Made by a program: the position numbers and the translations under genes. Shown one piece after another: positions 17,852 through 26,761 of a stretch of DNA of 64,000 bases. The notes under the pieces are model-generated. The model ran no database searches, had not been told where the DNA came from, and saw only the letters and a program-made list of their open reading frames with translations. Source of the DNA: an uncultured Vicinamibacteraceae bacterium (lineage in GTDB: Bacteria > Acidobacteriota > Vicinamibacteria > Vicinamibacterales > UBA8438); the NCBI GenBank assembly GCA_964507425.1, contig CAZDQD010000036.1, forward strand, positions 3,848 through 67,847. The letters are read 5' to 3'. How positions within the stretch are numbered: position 1 is the stretch's first letter; every line of letters starts with the position of its first letter.

Positions 17852-18847
17852 TTAGGGGTCGAGTGCGCCGGCCAGAATGACGGCCATTGAATAGTTGCCC
17901 TCGTGGCAGGCATATTCAAACACCGGATTAGGATTCAATTGCATCGGCAATTCGTATGTCCAAGGCTGTGTCCACGTCGTAGGATCATCGACGGTGACCT
18001 CGTAGACCAAAACGTCCGGTGACTGGCGAGTGAATCGTTCAGTCAACTGTAAATCAGCGCTGGCGCCGCCGCGCATAAAGCTGGTTTCTCGAAAAAAATT
18101 CGCGGTTTCAATTACGAGCGTGTCACCATCCCAATGCCCCCTAGATTCTCCATTCCATTGTCTAAGTCCCGTACGTGGGCGACCATCGAGCGGCACAACG
18201 CGGGGGTTGTGGTTCATCTCGTTGTAGATGACGATGGCGTCAGGAGTTTGAAACAGTTGTACGTTGTTGTTATATCCACCTGGTGTCATCGGTGGCCCAG
18301 CATTGAATCCAGTAATACAGCGTACCTGTAAACCGTTTGGGCCGATATCTTCAACCCAACCTCCAGGTGTCGGCTCGTGAGGTCCAGTATTCTTGCGCGC
18401 CTCAGCCATTTCGTCACGCGCTCTTTGCGCTTCTGGTGTTAAAGCTGGCACGCGACCATCTACCGGGTTGGTAACGAGCGACGTGCGTCTTGTTGAAATC
18501 ACTGATGTGCCGCGGTCAAACCAAAAATTGTTGTAGGACCCGGGTGCACCGTCAACGCCTCGATCCACATTGCCACTCGGGTCAACTTCCGTACGTTGTG
18601 CTGGTCGACTGGCAAGGCTGTTTTCCCGGTCTACAGCTTCTTGACCGAGATTTGCCGCCTCTTCAGTCGATAAAAATTCTTGGTCCGAGCGTTCTTCTGG
18701 GCGTTCCATAGGTGTAATCGTTCGGAAGTCCCATACGCCTTGCAGATCTGGTTGCCCCCAAGGTGTGCGGGGTCGCTCCTGAGCCGCTAATGGACTTACG
18801 GTGATCGCAGCGACGACTAACAAACACGCGAGATACCGTTCTGTCAT
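17852..18847 (-). CDS. Secreted conserved hypothetical protein, 'YACHEGN' family, copy 2
   Basis: Paralogue of 9210-10208 (WGQPDLQGVWD...EEAANL...YNNFW...RRTS...GDTLVIET...ERFTR...FEYACHEGNYSM). I prefer the ATG at 18847, preceded by AAGGAG, over the track's GTG at 18871. Confidence 0.6.
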   Translation of the reverse strand: MTERYLACLLVVAAITVSPLAAQERPRTPWGQPDLQGVWDFRTITPMERPEERSDQEFLSTEEAANLGQEAVDRENSLASRPAQRTEVDPSGNVDRGVDGAPGSYNNFWFDRGTSVISTRRTSLVTNPVDGRVPALTPEAQRARDEMAEARKNTGPHEPTPGGWVEDIGPNGLQVRCITGFNAGPPMTPGGYNNNVQLFQTPDAIVIYNEMNHNPRVVPLDGRPRTGLRQWNGESRGHWDGDTLVIETANFFRETSFMRGGASADLQLTERFTRQSPDVLVYEVTVDDPTTWTQPWTYELPMQLNPNPVFEYACHEGNYSMAVILAGALDP

Positions 18848-19194
18848 GTGATCTCCTTCCAGCGATGCCACGTCTCAGTGCAACGATAGACGACTAGACA
18901 TCGTGCTTCCAACCAGAATCTTACCGAAACGAACGAACTGGATGACCGGTCCCCACGCGCGTATCGTGACAGTCAGATTCGTGTGAGCGAATTCTACGCA
19001 GAATTGCTAGGCGTGTACGGTAAAGAATCAACGAAGTCCTGCAGAGGGTGGTCGATTTGAGTCTTGGTTACGACCTAATGACCATCTGACGATACACTCG
19101 GCCTCGTGCTGATCATCGACTCAATTCATTGAAGCCCACGGCAAGCAGCTGTAGGATTAGTGCCGATGCGTCCTCAAGGTAGTGCAATAATCAG

Positions 19195-20247
19195 GTGGGA
19201 GCCGGACACAAAATGGGTTATGGCGATAGGTTGACAGTTTTACGCAGGTTTTCTTTTACCGCCGTGCTTGCCGTGAGTGTTTTCGGCTTTGCCACTAGTG
19301 CTTCGGCGCAGTGTGACCCGGATGGCGACATCCAATTCGTCTGTGGCCCAGTTAGCCCTGAGGATTTAATCGCTATTCCTGATTCACCCTGGGTAGTTGT
19401 GTCGAGTATGGTGGATGACGGGTATCTGTCCGCGACTGATAACCGGGACCACAGCTCTTCCCGGTTGTTTCCGACGAGCTCGTCGTTGGCCCGGCATGAT
19501 ACAACAACCTATCCCAGCTGTCCGGGTTTAGTGCAGACCGAATTTCGGCCTCATGGTGTCAGTGTTCGTCCCGGTCGGAACGGGTTGCACATGCTGTATG
19601 TGGTGCGGCATGGGGCTCGTGAGTCGATTGAGGTGTTTGAGGTAGATGTTCGTGGAGCGTTGCCACAACTTACCTGGGTAGGATGTGCTGTAGCCCCAGA
19701 GGAGCTCGGGTTAAATGCAGTGGTTCCGCTTCCTGAGGGAGGGTTTGCGGCGACGAGTCCTCGAACGAGTAACGTGTGGGAGTGGCACACTGATACCGGC
19801 TGGACGCTCGTGCCCGGCAGTGAGGAAATCGGTCCCAACGGGCTTGAGATCTCCGAGGATGGGCAGTGGTTTTATGTCGCTGGTTATGGAAGCCAATCAG
19901 TGATCCGATTGTCCCGTGGTCAAACGCCAGTCCGTAAAGATACGGTGGTGAACGTTGGTTTCAACATTGACAACGTTCACTGGTCTTCCGATGGTACGTT
20001 GTTGGCCGCTGGTCACAGTACGCCGACTCGAACACGTGTTGGCGAGTGCATGCGGGAGAGGTTTTGTGATGGGATTACATCGAGGGTTGCACGAGTGGAC
20101 GTGGAGCTTATGACCGCGCAAGAGATTTTCACGTATGCCACGAATGATTCTTTGCTTCTCGGAACCGCAGCGATTCAGGTACGAGACGAGATTTGGGTTG
20201 GTGGAATTGCTGGGGGGACTCGAATTGCTCGCATCCAGGTCCCGTAA
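19195..20247 (+). CDS. Secreted beta-propeller protein, possibly paraoxonase/arylesterase (PON/SGL)-like
   Basis: Signal peptide. FRPHGVSV...LYVVRHGARESIEVFEVD...LTWVGC...NAVVPLPEGGFAAT resembles the PON core pattern (HGIS...LYVVNH...E.VE.F...). This is a from-memory resemblance only. The start could be 19195 (GTG) or 19213 (ATG). Confidence 0.35.
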   Translation: MGAGHKMGYGDRLTVLRRFSFTAVLAVSVFGFATSASAQCDPDGDIQFVCGPVSPEDLIAIPDSPWVVVSSMVDDGYLSATDNRDHSSSRLFPTSSSLARHDTTTYPSCPGLVQTEFRPHGVSVRPGRNGLHMLYVVRHGARESIEVFEVDVRGALPQLTWVGCAVAPEELGLNAVVPLPEGGFAATSPRTSNVWEWHTDTGWTLVPGSEEIGPNGLEISEDGQWFYVAGYGSQSVIRLSRGQTPVRKDTVVNVGFNIDNVHWSSDGTLLAAGHSTPTRTRVGECMRERFCDGITSRVARVDVELMTAQEIFTYATNDSLLLGTAAIQVRDEIWVGGIAGGTRIARIQVP

Positions 20248-20301
20248 CACTTTTCTAACAGAGCAACAATCTAGTTACTGCGAAACGCTGAAGGCAAAAT
20301 T

Positions 20302-22758
20302 ATGACTACTCGGAAATACGGAATTGCGATTTTTATGCTGGGGCTACTTGTTACCAGCAATACGACGGCGAGTGCTCAAGTAGAAAATCTCACCGTTGAG
20401 GGGCTTCGTGAACCGGTTGAAATACTTACAGACCGTTGGGGGATTTCCCACATCTACGCGGAAAACGAATATGACCTCTTTTTCGCGCAGGGCTATGCGG
20501 CTGCTCGCGACCGTATCTTCCAATTTGAAATCTGGCGCCGGAGGGCGACAGGGACTGTGGCAGAGATTTTGGGACGAGAGGAGTTGAACCGGGATATTGG
20601 GGCCAGACTGCACCAATTTCGCGGTGATATGACTACCGAAATGCGCCATTATCACGATCGTGGCGATGTCATCATTCCAGCGTTTGTCGACGGCATCAAC
20701 GCGTATATCGATTACACAGAGCAGCACCCAGATGCGCTTCCCATCGAGTTCACTCTCTTAGGGATTACGCCACAGCATTGGACTCCTGAAGTGGTCATCT
20801 CCCGACACCAGGGGCTCGTTTCGAACGTAACTGGTGAAATCAATCGAGCGAGGGCCATCGCTGCCATTGGTGCTGAGCGCGTGAAAGAGTTGGATTATCT
20901 GATCGGCGATCCAGACCTTTCGATTGATCCAAGCATTGATGTTTCACTGTTGGATGATCAAATTCTCGATGTGTACCGGGCGTTTCGTCGACCGATTAAT
21001 TTTGAACCTAAGCACGTGGCTCAGAATTACCGTGGGGATGCGGGGGCGCTCAATAGACTCGCCGCTGCGACGCCTTCGGAAATGGACCTCAGTGACGCTG
21101 ACCGCGAGTCCATTGGAAGTAATAACTGGGTCATTCATGGACGGCGTACGGTTACCGGATATCCCATTATGGCCAACGATCCCCATCGTTCGGTGGAGGC
21201 TCCGTCGCTTCGCTACTGGGTGCATCTAGTCGCACCGGGGTGGAACGTGATCGGTGGTGGGGAACCTATCCTGCCGGGCGTGTCCATCGGACATAACGAG
21301 CATGGTGCATGGGGACTGACAGTTTTTGGACAGGATAATGAGGACCTCATTGTTTATGAGACGAACCCGAGTAATCCGCTGCAGTACAAGTATCTTGGTC
21401 AATGGGAGGATATGACCGTTGTTCCGGATACCATTCCGGTCAAAGGAGAGGCCGAGGTTGCTGTCGATCTGAAATACACACGGCACGGTCCTGTTCTTTT
21501 TGAAGATCCCGATAATCAAGTCGCCTACGCGCTGCGTGCTGCGTGGCTCGAGTACGGTTCGGCACCTTATCTCGCGAGCCTTCGGATGGACCAAGCGACG
21601 ACGTGGGAGGAGTTTGTCGAGGCGTGTAGCTATAGCCGACTACCCTCAGAGAACATGGTGTGGGCTGACCGGTCAGGTGTTATCGGATATCAGGCGGTTG
21701 GCATTTCTCCCATTCGGCCGAATCACAGTGGCCTCGTGCCGGTTCCTGGTGATGGCCGATACGAGTGGGACGGCTACCTTCCAATTGATGCGTTGCCAAG
21801 GGTTGTGAATCCTGCCAAAGGTTACTTTGCAACCGCTAACAACTACACGCTGCACGCGATTCCTGAAACCTATCCACACTGGGAAGCATTGCACTATACC
21901 TGGGGGAATCAGTTACGGGCGGCTCGCATAGAAGAAGTTCTTTCGAATGGTCAACACCTTAGTATCGTTGACAATATGCAACTTCAGATGGACGAGTTGT
22001 CTGTCGCCGCGCGAAATCTCGTGCCGTTACTTCGTGACATACCGAGGGTAGACGAACAAGTTTCTGCGGCCAGACGGAAACTCCTTGATTGGGATTTCGT
22101 GCTCAGTAGAGATTCGACTGAAGCGAGTCTATATGTCACCTGGAGGCGAAGACTCGGAGAGGCGGTTCATAAGGTAGTGGTACCGACGGAGGCCCAGGAG
22201 TATATCGGCCAGGTCAGTACGAAACGATTGATCGATTGGTTGGCGGCACCAGACGGTCGGTTTGGAGCTGATCCTATTGCCGCGCGGGATGCCATTCTCG
22301 TCGAGAGTCTGGTGGCTGCGTTAGAGGACCTAGAGGAGCGCTTTGGTACAACTGACATGACTAGGTGGCAATATGGTAGCGAACAGTTCAAACATGCGAC
22401 TATTCGTCACCCAATGAGTGGCGCGGTTAATGAAGACCTTAGGCGCCAACTGGATGTAGGACCATTGCCTCGCGGAGGCTATGGCGACACGGTTCACAAT
22501 ACTGGTGGGAACGACAACCAGTCTTCCGGCGCGTCGTTCATGATTATTACGGATACCGAAAGTTGGGATAATTCGGTTGGCCTCAGCAGTCCTGGCCAGT
22601 CGGGAGACCCTGACAATCCACATTACAGGGACTTGTTTGAACTGTGGGCTCGAGACCGTTATTTTCCGATTTTCTTTTCACGTACAAAGATCGATTCGGT
22701 TGTTGAGTCAACGACGATGTTGACACCGGCCGATACGGCGACTGCAACAAATCCGTAG
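20302..22758 (+). CDS. Penicillin acylase family Ntn-hydrolase (penicillin amidase / acyl-homoserine-lactone acylase type)
   Basis: Signal peptide. RDRWGISHIYAENEYDLFFAQGYAAARDR. Autoprocessing site ...IGSNNWVIHGRRTVTGYPIMANDPH (the Ser of SNNW is the N-terminal nucleophile). 818 aa. Confidence 0.85.
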   Translation: MTTRKYGIAIFMLGLLVTSNTTASAQVENLTVEGLREPVEILTDRWGISHIYAENEYDLFFAQGYAAARDRIFQFEIWRRRATGTVAEILGREELNRDIGARLHQFRGDMTTEMRHYHDRGDVIIPAFVDGINAYIDYTEQHPDALPIEFTLLGITPQHWTPEVVISRHQGLVSNVTGEINRARAIAAIGAERVKELDYLIGDPDLSIDPSIDVSLLDDQILDVYRAFRRPINFEPKHVAQNYRGDAGALNRLAAATPSEMDLSDADRESIGSNNWVIHGRRTVTGYPIMANDPHRSVEAPSLRYWVHLVAPGWNVIGGGEPILPGVSIGHNEHGAWGLTVFGQDNEDLIVYETNPSNPLQYKYLGQWEDMTVVPDTIPVKGEAEVAVDLKYTRHGPVLFEDPDNQVAYALRAAWLEYGSAPYLASLRMDQATTWEEFVEACSYSRLPSENMVWADRSGVIGYQAVGISPIRPNHSGLVPVPGDGRYEWDGYLPIDALPRVVNPAKGYFATANNYTLHAIPETYPHWEALHYTWGNQLRAARIEEVLSNGQHLSIVDNMQLQMDELSVAARNLVPLLRDIPRVDEQVSAARRKLLDWDFVLSRDSTEASLYVTWRRRLGEAVHKVVVPTEAQEYIGQVSTKRLIDWLAAPDGRFGADPIAARDAILVESLVAALEDLEERFGTTDMTRWQYGSEQFKHATIRHPMSGAVNEDLRRQLDVGPLPRGGYGDTVHNTGGNDNQSSGASFMIITDTESWDNSVGLSSPGQSGDPDNPHYRDLFELWARDRYFPIFFSRTKIDSVVESTTMLTPADTATATNP

Positions 22759-22782
22759 CGTGCCATCGGCGTGCTACGGATT
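22750..22782 (+). terminator. Perfect 10-bp stem hairpin overlapping the acylase stop codon (possible terminator or boundary element)
   Basis: AATCCGTAGC (22750-22759) and GCTACGGATT (22773-22782) are exact reverse complements around a 13-nt loop that can add GCC/GGC pairs. There is no clear U-tract. Confidence 0.3.
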
Positions 22783-22816
22783 GATTTGCCGCCTTCTCTT
22801 GTATACGGTGGTAACG

Positions 22817-24613
22817 ATGACACGACAACCTCCCTTCCCCCGACTCGTCGGTGCGATGGTGGTTGCGGCTACGCTTGCGATTTCAGCTCAACAACCGGTC
22901 ATCCCCGCCCTCCTCGAATCGTTCGTTCCCGTCACACCTGAGATGCTCCGCAGCCCGGACCCTGACGACTGGATCAGCTTTCGGAACGGCTACGCGCTGT
23001 GGGGCTACAGCTCCCTTAACCAAATCGACGTCGACAGCGTTCACGAGCTCCAGCTGGTCTGGTCGCGGGCGATGAACGAGGGCTATCAGGAGGTGGAGCC
23101 GATTGTCTACGACGGCGTCATGTTCCTCGCCAATGTGGAGGACATCGTCCAGGCGCTCGACGCCACGACCGGGGATCTCCTGTGGGAGTATCGACGACCA
23201 CTTCCTGACAACATTGCTGGGGTGACGGGCACGCGGTATCGTTATCGGAACGTTTCGATCTACGGTGACAAAATCGTTCTGGCTACGAACGATGCGTTCC
23301 TCGTCGCACTCGACGCCCGCACCGGCGAGGTCGCCTGGGAGACGCAGCGTGCCGACTACAACGAACGAGTTGCCCAGACCGCGGGGCCGGTGATCATCAA
23401 CGGCAAGGTGGTTAATGGCTCGCGTTGTAATCCGAACAGTCCGCGGCCTGGCGGTTGCTTCATCAGTGCCCACGACATCGACAGCGGCGAGGAACTGTGG
23501 CGGATCAATACCGCCGCCACTCCTGACCAGGCAGGCGGCGACACGTGGGGTGGTCTCCCCCGCGCTGCCCGTCGGCATGCGTCGGCCTGGATGGTCGGAA
23601 GCTATGACCCAATCCTAAACCTCACCTATTGGGGTACCGGCCCGCCCGCTCCATTGCCGGAGCCGCTTCGCGGCGCCGGTAAAGCGGACCTGCTCTACAC
23701 GAACTCCACGCTCGCCCTCGATCCAGACACCGGCGAAATGGCGTGGTACTTCCAGCATCTTCCGCGCGACAACTGGGATCTCGACCATGTGTTCGAACGG
23801 ATGATTGTCGAGACCGAACTCGCCCCTGACCCGGCTGAAGTGCCGTGGATCAATCCTGACCTCCGCGCCGGCGAGCGACGGAAGGTTATTACCGGCATTC
23901 CGGGCAAGACCGGATTGATCTGGACACTCGATGCGGAGACCGGCGAGTTTCTTTGGGCGCGCCCCACCGTCTATCAGAACATCATGACGGGACTCGATCT
24001 GCGCACCGGGCGACCGAGCTTCGACGAATCGACGGCGCCGACGTCTGTCCAAACCCCATCGTTCGCCTGCCCACACTTGCTCGGGGGGAAGAACCAGCCG
24101 TCAGGAGCCTATAGTCCCGACACCGACGCACTCTACATGCCGTTAAACAACGCCTGCATGGATATCGCGATGTCGGTCGAAGAAGCCGGGCCGAGTGACG
24201 GTTACGACGTCCGCGTGCAAGTGCGACACCTTCCCGACGTCGATCCGGACACGGCCCCGGTCGGCCGGGTGGAGGCGGTGTCGGCGTCAACCGGACGGAC
24301 GCTCTGGAGTCACCAACAGCGCGCGCCGATCTACGGTTCGTTGCTTGCGACGGGCGGCAATCTCGTCTTCTCGGGCGACGTCGTGCGCCGCTTCCGTGCC
24401 CATCACTCCGAGACCGGCGAGATCCTTTGGGAGACGATCCTCAACGGACCGGTAAGCGCGCGGCCGATGACCTATCGGGTGAACGGTCGCCAGTATCTGG
24501 CCATCGGATCGGGCGGTCAAACGCAGGGGACGAGCTTCCTCCAGCTGACGCCGGAGCTGAACACACCGGGCGGGAGCAACACGCTCTTCGTCTTCGCGTT
24601 GCCGGACCGATAA
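22817..24613 (+). CDS. PQQ-dependent dehydrogenase (quinoprotein, 8-bladed beta-propeller)
   Basis: Signal peptide from the ATG at 22817. DDWISFRNGY..WGYSSLNQI...VHELQLVWS...VEPIVYDGVMFLANVEDIVQALDATTGDLLWEY. Repeated ALDA.TGE..W-type blades, then NWDLDH. The vicinal Cys-Cys of methanol/ethanol dehydrogenases is absent. Confidence 0.8.
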   Translation: MTRQPPFPRLVGAMVVAATLAISAQQPVIPALLESFVPVTPEMLRSPDPDDWISFRNGYALWGYSSLNQIDVDSVHELQLVWSRAMNEGYQEVEPIVYDGVMFLANVEDIVQALDATTGDLLWEYRRPLPDNIAGVTGTRYRYRNVSIYGDKIVLATNDAFLVALDARTGEVAWETQRADYNERVAQTAGPVIINGKVVNGSRCNPNSPRPGGCFISAHDIDSGEELWRINTAATPDQAGGDTWGGLPRAARRHASAWMVGSYDPILNLTYWGTGPPAPLPEPLRGAGKADLLYTNSTLALDPDTGEMAWYFQHLPRDNWDLDHVFERMIVETELAPDPAEVPWINPDLRAGERRKVITGIPGKTGLIWTLDAETGEFLWARPTVYQNIMTGLDLRTGRPSFDESTAPTSVQTPSFACPHLLGGKNQPSGAYSPDTDALYMPLNNACMDIAMSVEEAGPSDGYDVRVQVRHLPDVDPDTAPVGRVEAVSASTGRTLWSHQQRAPIYGSLLATGGNLVFSGDVVRRFRAHHSETGEILWETILNGPVSARPMTYRVNGRQYLAIGSGGQTQGTSFLQLTPELNTPGGSNTLFVFALPDR

Positions 24614-24617
24614 CCCT

Positions 24618-25526
24618 CTACAGGACGCCGGCGCGCTCCATTACTGCCTCGCACTTCTGCTTGATTTCGAGGCCGACCTCGTAGGGGTCGCCGTCAACGT
24701 ACTCGGCCCGGAAGAGCTCGACCGACAACGCACCGGTAAATCCGCGCTCTTTAAGTTTGCGGAGGATGTTGTCAACTGGCGCGATGCCGTCACCGGGAAT
24801 CAACCGCGAGTCGTTATCGATCAGCTCCCGCGGCGTGTCGAGAAGATCTTGGAAGTGGCAGTGCTGCAACTCGCCGTTCTGGAGCAGGTCGAGGTCCTGA
24901 AACTTGCTGAGGCCTGACCAGAAGTGGAAGAAGTCGAGCATCGGGCTGACGTGCGGATGGGCTGCCTCCCGAATTGTCGCCAGCGCCGACGTAAGTGTGG
25001 CGAGATGCGTAGATGTCCGGATGAACTCGATCATCGTGGTGAGTTCGAACTCCTGTGCGATGTCACCCACCTCGCGAATACAGCGCGGCGTCTCGGCAAA
25101 ATCGTCAGTAGTGACCGCCCGCCGCGTGCCAGACGGGGTGTAGACCCGGTTAAGGCCAAGCGTCTTGTACTGCTCGCACCGGAGGCGGAACCGATCGAGC
25201 GAGGCGGCCCGGTCGGGTCCTGGAATCCACATATCGGCGCCGCCGATAACGCCGCAGACCGGCGTCAGGCCATTGTCGGTCAGCACGCGTCCCGCGGCCG
25301 CCAGCGAATTCGACTCGAGGAACGTTTGGAGTAGGCCGTCATTGAGCTCGACGTAGCGAATGCCGGCCCTGGCCCATCCTTCGAGCGACCCCTGGAAGCC
25401 TGCCCCACGTGAGGTGTTCTGATGGATGCTGAGAAGCATCTTTCCCGGTTCGGCGTTTTGCGCGTAAGCGGCCCTGGCAGCGGCGACCGCCACCGGGGCC
25501 AACAACACCTCGCGTCGTGTGAGCAT
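24618..25526 (-). CDS. Sugar phosphate isomerase/epimerase (xylose-isomerase-like TIM barrel) with a Tat-type signal
   Basis: MLTRREVLLAPVAVAAARAAYA N-terminus. TIM-barrel family pattern (GIRYVEL, ...IEFIR..., HFQDL..., LSVELF). AGGAG SD. Confidence 0.7.
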   Translation of the reverse strand: MLTRREVLLAPVAVAAARAAYAQNAEPGKMLLSIHQNTSRGAGFQGSLEGWARAGIRYVELNDGLLQTFLESNSLAAAGRVLTDNGLTPVCGVIGGADMWIPGPDRAASLDRFRLRCEQYKTLGLNRVYTPSGTRRAVTTDDFAETPRCIREVGDIAQEFELTTMIEFIRTSTHLATLTSALATIREAAHPHVSPMLDFFHFWSGLSKFQDLDLLQNGELQHCHFQDLLDTPRELIDNDSRLIPGDGIAPVDNILRKLKERGFTGALSVELFRAEYVDGDPYEVGLEIKQKCEAVMERAGVL

Positions 25527-25534
25527 CGCTTCTC

Positions 25535-26416
25535 CTAACGGTCGAGTTCGGCGTAGATCTTGGTGGCGTTATCTTCGGCGCTGGTCAACGTGCCCCGGCT
25601 CATGGCGTAGTTCGCGTAGCGCGAAGGAAGATCGAGCGACGCGGCTGTCTCGGCCGCCGTCTTTCCGTCAGCTTTGCCCCGCTCGACCGCAGTCAAAAAG
25701 TCGCGGTTGAACTCACCGAACTCGCGAAAGTCGTTCCAGGTCATCACCGGACTGTGACCGGGAATTACCATGTCGATTCCTGGAATTCCATCCGCTGCAG
25801 CCAGTAAAGTTTTCGGGTACTGCACGCCGCTCCCGCCGTTGCCGACGTCGATATACGGCACGCCTTTCCAGGCAAATAGGTCGCCGGTATGCGCAACACC
25901 GAGCCCGGGGAAGACAACGATGGTGTCTCCACTCGTATGGCCGGCACCGAAATGATAGAGGTCGATCTGGTCGTCACCGTCGAGAAGCGTCAGGCGGTCG
26001 TCATAGGTCCGGCTTGGCAGATAGCGCTGCCCGCTGGCCGACTGGAACGCCTCCATCTTCTCCATGTTCGACTTGGTGTTGGCGTGCGCCACGACCTCGA
26101 CCGGCAACGAGAAGTCAACGTTGCTGCCGACGTGGTCGCCGTGGGTATGGGTGTTGATGATGTGCGTGACCGGCTTGTCGGTGACGGTGCGTACCTTGTT
26201 GAGAATCGCGCTCCCCCAGCCTGGATTCTTCGTGTCGACCAATACGACGCCGTCATCGGCCACGAGCGCCGCCGTGTTGCCGCCCCCGCCGGTAATTACG
26301 TAGAGGTTCGCCTTGACCTGCTCGATCTCGGCGACGTTCTCTTGCGCCAGCGGAAACCCGAGCGTCATCGCCACGCCGGCGACCACGAGCCCACTCATAA
26401 TCATTTGTCGTCGCAT
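25535..26416 (-). CDS. Secreted MBL-fold metallo-hydrolase
   Basis: HIINTHTHGDHVG (HxHxDH), later HFGAGHTSGD and GHSP. I chose the ATG at 26416 because AAGGAGGAG lies 5 nt upstream, and MRRQMIMSGLVVAGVAMTLGFPLAQ is a signal peptide. Confidence 0.85.
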   Translation of the reverse strand: MRRQMIMSGLVVAGVAMTLGFPLAQENVAEIEQVKANLYVITGGGGNTAALVADDGVVLVDTKNPGWGSAILNKVRTVTDKPVTHIINTHTHGDHVGSNVDFSLPVEVVAHANTKSNMEKMEAFQSASGQRYLPSRTYDDRLTLLDGDDQIDLYHFGAGHTSGDTIVVFPGLGVAHTGDLFAWKGVPYIDVGNGGSGVQYPKTLLAAADGIPGIDMVIPGHSPVMTWNDFREFGEFNRDFLTAVERGKADGKTAAETAASLDLPSRYANYAMSRGTLTSAEDNATKIYAELDR

Positions 26417-26491
26417 TGCTCCTCCTTGTCCGACGCCGTTACCGGCCCAATATACACTTTCTCCGGTGACCAACGGCTACATCCTCATCGG

Positions 26492-26572
26492 CAAATCGGC
26501 ACGGCCGGCTTCGTGCTCGCCAACCGTCTGTCGGCAGCCGCGCATGTGAGCACTCTGCTCCCGAAAGAGAAC
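26492..26572 (+). pseudogene. Relic of a GMC-family (choline dehydrogenase-like) oxidoreductase N-terminus
   Basis: This frame reads QIGTAGFVLANRLSAAAHVSTLLPKEN, compared with the GMC FAD-binding start (I)VGAGSAGCVLANRLSxxxxxxVLLLEAG. The GxGxxG motif is degraded and there is no gene body downstream. Confidence 0.5.
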
Positions 26573-26761
26573 TGGTTTACTCCTTCTAAAGAAGCGTGCC
26601 CAATATTCTGGCAGGAGCGAGGGCGTTGGAAGTGGCCGAGACACGATGACGCTTGATATCTGTTGGGTATCAAACCAGCTACGGTAAAGGGTATAACCCC
26701 CTTGAGGTCGCCATTGTCTCGTATCAGTTCCTCAACTGAGACGAGTATCACACTCAACAGT

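Noticed and set aside
18872-19194. 323-bp intergenic region between divergent genes, checked for a small RNA, repeats or a missed ORF
   Set aside because: I found no convincing stem-loops, repeats or coding frame. It is probably two divergent promoters.
22760-22816. GTG start at 22760 for the PQQ dehydrogenase
   Set aside because: It falls inside the 22750-22782 hairpin directly after the acylase stop. The ATG at 22817 gives a normal signal peptide.
22883-24076. Long minus-strand ORFs (231 aa and 153 aa) inside the PQQ dehydrogenase gene
   Set aside because: They lie antisense to a gene with clear family motifs, are low-complexity and Arg/Pro/Gly-rich, and are typical shadow ORFs of GC-rich DNA.
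25889-26656. 255-aa plus-strand ORF
   Set aside because: Most of it is antisense to the MBL hydrolase gene. Only its last roughly 27-residue stretch is meaningful, and that is reported separately as the GMC relic.
26485-26757. 90-aa minus-strand ORF in the gap between the MBL and methyltransferase genes
   Set aside because: It has no SD sequence and no motif, and it overlaps the GMC relic on the other strand. The gap is more plausibly non-coding debris.
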